NCBI GenBank assembly: GCA_043228905.1
Contig: JBHGNT010000021.1
Span: 5,828,001 to 5,892,000, forward strand
DNA from: Azolla caroliniana
Taxonomy: Eukaryota; Plantae; Polypodiophyta
Length of the DNA: 64,000 nt
Direction of reading: 5' to 3'
The position numbers were made by a program, and so were the translations under genes. Below the pieces are notes generated by a model. That model did not search any database and was not told the DNA's origin. It saw only the letters and a list, made by a program, of their open reading frames with translations. Below, piece by piece: positions 61,802 through 64,000 of this stretch (positions within the stretch are counted from its first letter, which is position 1; every line of letters begins with the position of its first letter).

Positions 61802-62299
61802 AATTCAAAGTTTCTTTTGGCTCCTTTTGGCTTCAATACAATCTTTATTGACATAATTTGGATTGGGTTTTTGGTACAGAATGAATGCAGAGTTGGGAGC
61901 AGTGACAGAGAGAAAAAGGGATTTGATGCAGGAACAGGACAAACATAGATCAAAGAAACAGAGTTTTATGCATAGATTCGTTCACGAATCTCATTGTTGG
62001 AGGATTCTTGATGAGCCCCGAAGAGCAAAACAATGCTGATGTCGATCCATGAAGACAATCAAAAGAATAAGCATAAGAAGAAGAAGAAGCAATGTCGATA
62101 ATCCATTATGATGATAAAAAACAAGCAAATGGTCATGAAAGGCTACGAGGAAAAAGAAGAAGCAATAGTGATACGCACCCATGAGAGAATATGAGGGAAA
62201 AAGAAGAAGCAACGTTGATATCTCTATCCATAAAAAGAGCAACATTGATATTCGCCCATGAAAAGCTATGGGTAAAAGAAGCTATGGTGATATCCATCC

Positions 62300-64000
62300 A
62301 TGAAGAACTCTCACTCCAGAGGGAGACTAGTGGTGAAAGACCCTAAGGAAATTCCTGCTTTAGTAGATTTAATAAAGACTTGTGCCGAGAAAAAGAATAT
62401 ACATGAAGGAGAGAGGCTACATGCTCAAATTCGCGAAAAGGGCTTCCTTGAAAAGAGTCCACATCTATTTACCTCTTTAATTGACATGTATGCTAAATTG
62501 GGCATTCTTGGAAAAGCACAAGAAGTGCACGATGAACTCCCAATTCGGGATTTAGACACTTGGAATGCTCTCATTAGAGGGTATTCCCAACAAGGGCGAG
62601 GTTATGAAGCATGGAATTGTTTCCTAGGTATGCAGATTGAGGGTCTATCTCCAGATGTGGTCACTTTTATTTGCCTTTTTAAGGCTTGTGGAAGTATAGG
62701 GAATGTTGACAAAGGGAAGCTAATACACGAGGAGATTCTTAGAAGGGGCTTATTGGAGAAACATATTGCATTAGGAAATGCTTTGGTGGATATGTATGCA
62801 AAATGTGGTATGCTTGAAAAAGCCTTGCACATGGTTAATGAGCTTCCTTCTCGAACTATAGCCTCCTGGAATACATTAATTTCAGCATATACCCAACAGG
62901 GACAAGCCTATGAAGCATTGAATTGTTTTAAGAGGATGGAAAGGGATGGTCTCTTTCCTAATGCAATCACTTTTGTGTGTACCTTGAAAGCTTGTGGGAG
63001 CATAGGAGCTATTGGAAAGGGAAAAGAAATCCACGGTGAGATTATTAGAAGGAGACTTTTAGAGAATAACATTGTTCTTGGGAATGCTTTGGTGGATATG
63101 TATGCCAAATGTGGTGTTCTAGCCAAAGCACAAGAAGTTCTGGATGGTCTTCTGATACGCAATACAGTTTCTTGGTCTTCTCTAATTGCAGGCTATTCTC
63201 AACAAGGACAAGATCATGAAGCATTGAATTGTTTTGAACGGATGCAAAGTGAGGGCCATTACGGAGACGAGGTCACTTTTGTAAGTATATTGAAGGTATG
63301 TGCAACTTCAAGATATATTGAGAAAGGGAAACAAATTCATGATGAGATTGTCGCCAGAGGTTTGCCAACAAAAAACATTACGCTTGGGAATGCATTAGTG
63401 GATATGTATGCCAAATGTGGTATGATGACAAAAGCACAAGAATTGCATGGGAAGCTTTATGTTAAAAATGTAGTGTCTTGGAACTCACTAATTGCAGGGT
63501 ATGCTGAACAGGGACAAGGCCATGAAGCAATAAAATGTTTTGAACAGATGCAAAGAGAGGGTTTCTCTCCAGATGTAATCACTTTTGTTTGCACTTTGAA
63601 AGCATGCGGGAGGGTAGGGGATGTTGAAAAAGGAAAACAAGTTCATGAAGAGATCATTAAAAAAAAGTTGCTAGAGAATAATATTGTTCTTGGCACTGCA
63701 TTGGTGGATATGTATGTGAAATGTGGTGTGCTTGCAAAAGCACAAGATGTTCTTGGGAGGCTTTCTGCTCGAAATGAGGTCTGCTGGTCAGCAGTAATTG
63801 CTGGATATATCCAACAAGGGTTATGCCATGAAGCGATAAATTGTTTTGAATGGATGCAAAAAGAGGGCTTCTCACCAAATGCTGTTACTTTGATTTGCAT
63901 TCTGAAAGCATGTGGCAACGTAGGAGCTATTGTTAAAGGTAAACTGATCCACAATGTGATTATTAGTAGTGGTTTGTTAGAGAAAGACATTGCTATTGGC
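62300..64000 (+). CDS. PLS-class pentatricopeptide repeat protein (organellar RNA editing factor type), 3' end outside window
   Basis: Open frame from ATG 62300 (in-frame TGA at 62288) to the window end. It is absent from the ORF track because it has no stop. (GNA)LVDMYAKCG recurs at 62486, 62792, 63098, 63404 and 63710 with SWN.LI.GY.QQG and P...TF...LKAC motifs. The true start is uncertain. Confidence 0.93.
   Translation, partial: MKNSHSRGRLVVKDPKEIPALVDLIKTCAEKKNIHEGERLHAQIREKGFLEKSPHLFTSLIDMYAKLGILGKAQEVHDELPIRDLDTWNALIRGYSQQGRGYEAWNCFLGMQIEGLSPDVVTFICLFKACGSIGNVDKGKLIHEEILRRGLLEKHIALGNALVDMYAKCGMLEKALHMVNELPSRTIASWNTLISAYTQQGQAYEALNCFKRMERDGLFPNAITFVCTLKACGSIGAIGKGKEIHGEIIRRRLLENNIVLGNALVDMYAKCGVLAKAQEVLDGLLIRNTVSWSSLIAGYSQQGQDHEALNCFERMQSEGHYGDEVTFVSILKVCATSRYIEKGKQIHDEIVARGLPTKNITLGNALVDMYAKCGMMTKAQELHGKLYVKNVVSWNSLIAGYAEQGQGHEAIKCFEQMQREGFSPDVITFVCTLKACGRVGDVEKGKQVHEEIIKKKLLENNIVLGTALVDMYVKCGVLAKAQDVLGRLSARNEVCWSAVIAGYIQQGLCHEAINCFEWMQKEGFSPNAVTLICILKACGNVGAIVKGKLIHNVIISSGLLEKDIAIG

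Noticed and set aside
62602-63990. Minus-strand repetitive ORFs
   Set aside because: Antisense shadows of the plus-strand PPR gene.

Overview
AT-rich, intron-containing land-plant nuclear DNA, most likely from a fern or another seed-free plant (inferred from the very short introns, a regular PLS-class PPR array and a tRNA-Trp-primed GC-rich gypsy element). Host genes in order: 3' part of MLH3 (+), a FAM114A/DUF719-like gene (+), an ACT-domain-repeat gene (ACR9/10-like, -), ATP phosphoribosyltransferase HISN1 (+), CDC7 kinase (-), an intronless plant-specific Cys-motif protein (-), and a PLS-class PPR gene running off the right end (+). Intergenic DNA holds a copia/LINE deletion chimera, a copia-LTR/gypsy nest, LINE 3' remnants (two forming an inverted repeat), a MITE, two plastid-derived fragments (23S rRNA, trnR-ACG) and many local tandem duplications. 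I found no convincing new multi-gene system. The least explained signal is a hierarchical degenerate repeat at about 12.2-13.4 kb. Other points of interest are inverted repeats bracketing HISN1, duplicated splice sites in HISN1 and CDC7, and the LINE-derived inverted repeat. Exon boundaries were read by eye and family names come from remembered motifs, not searches.
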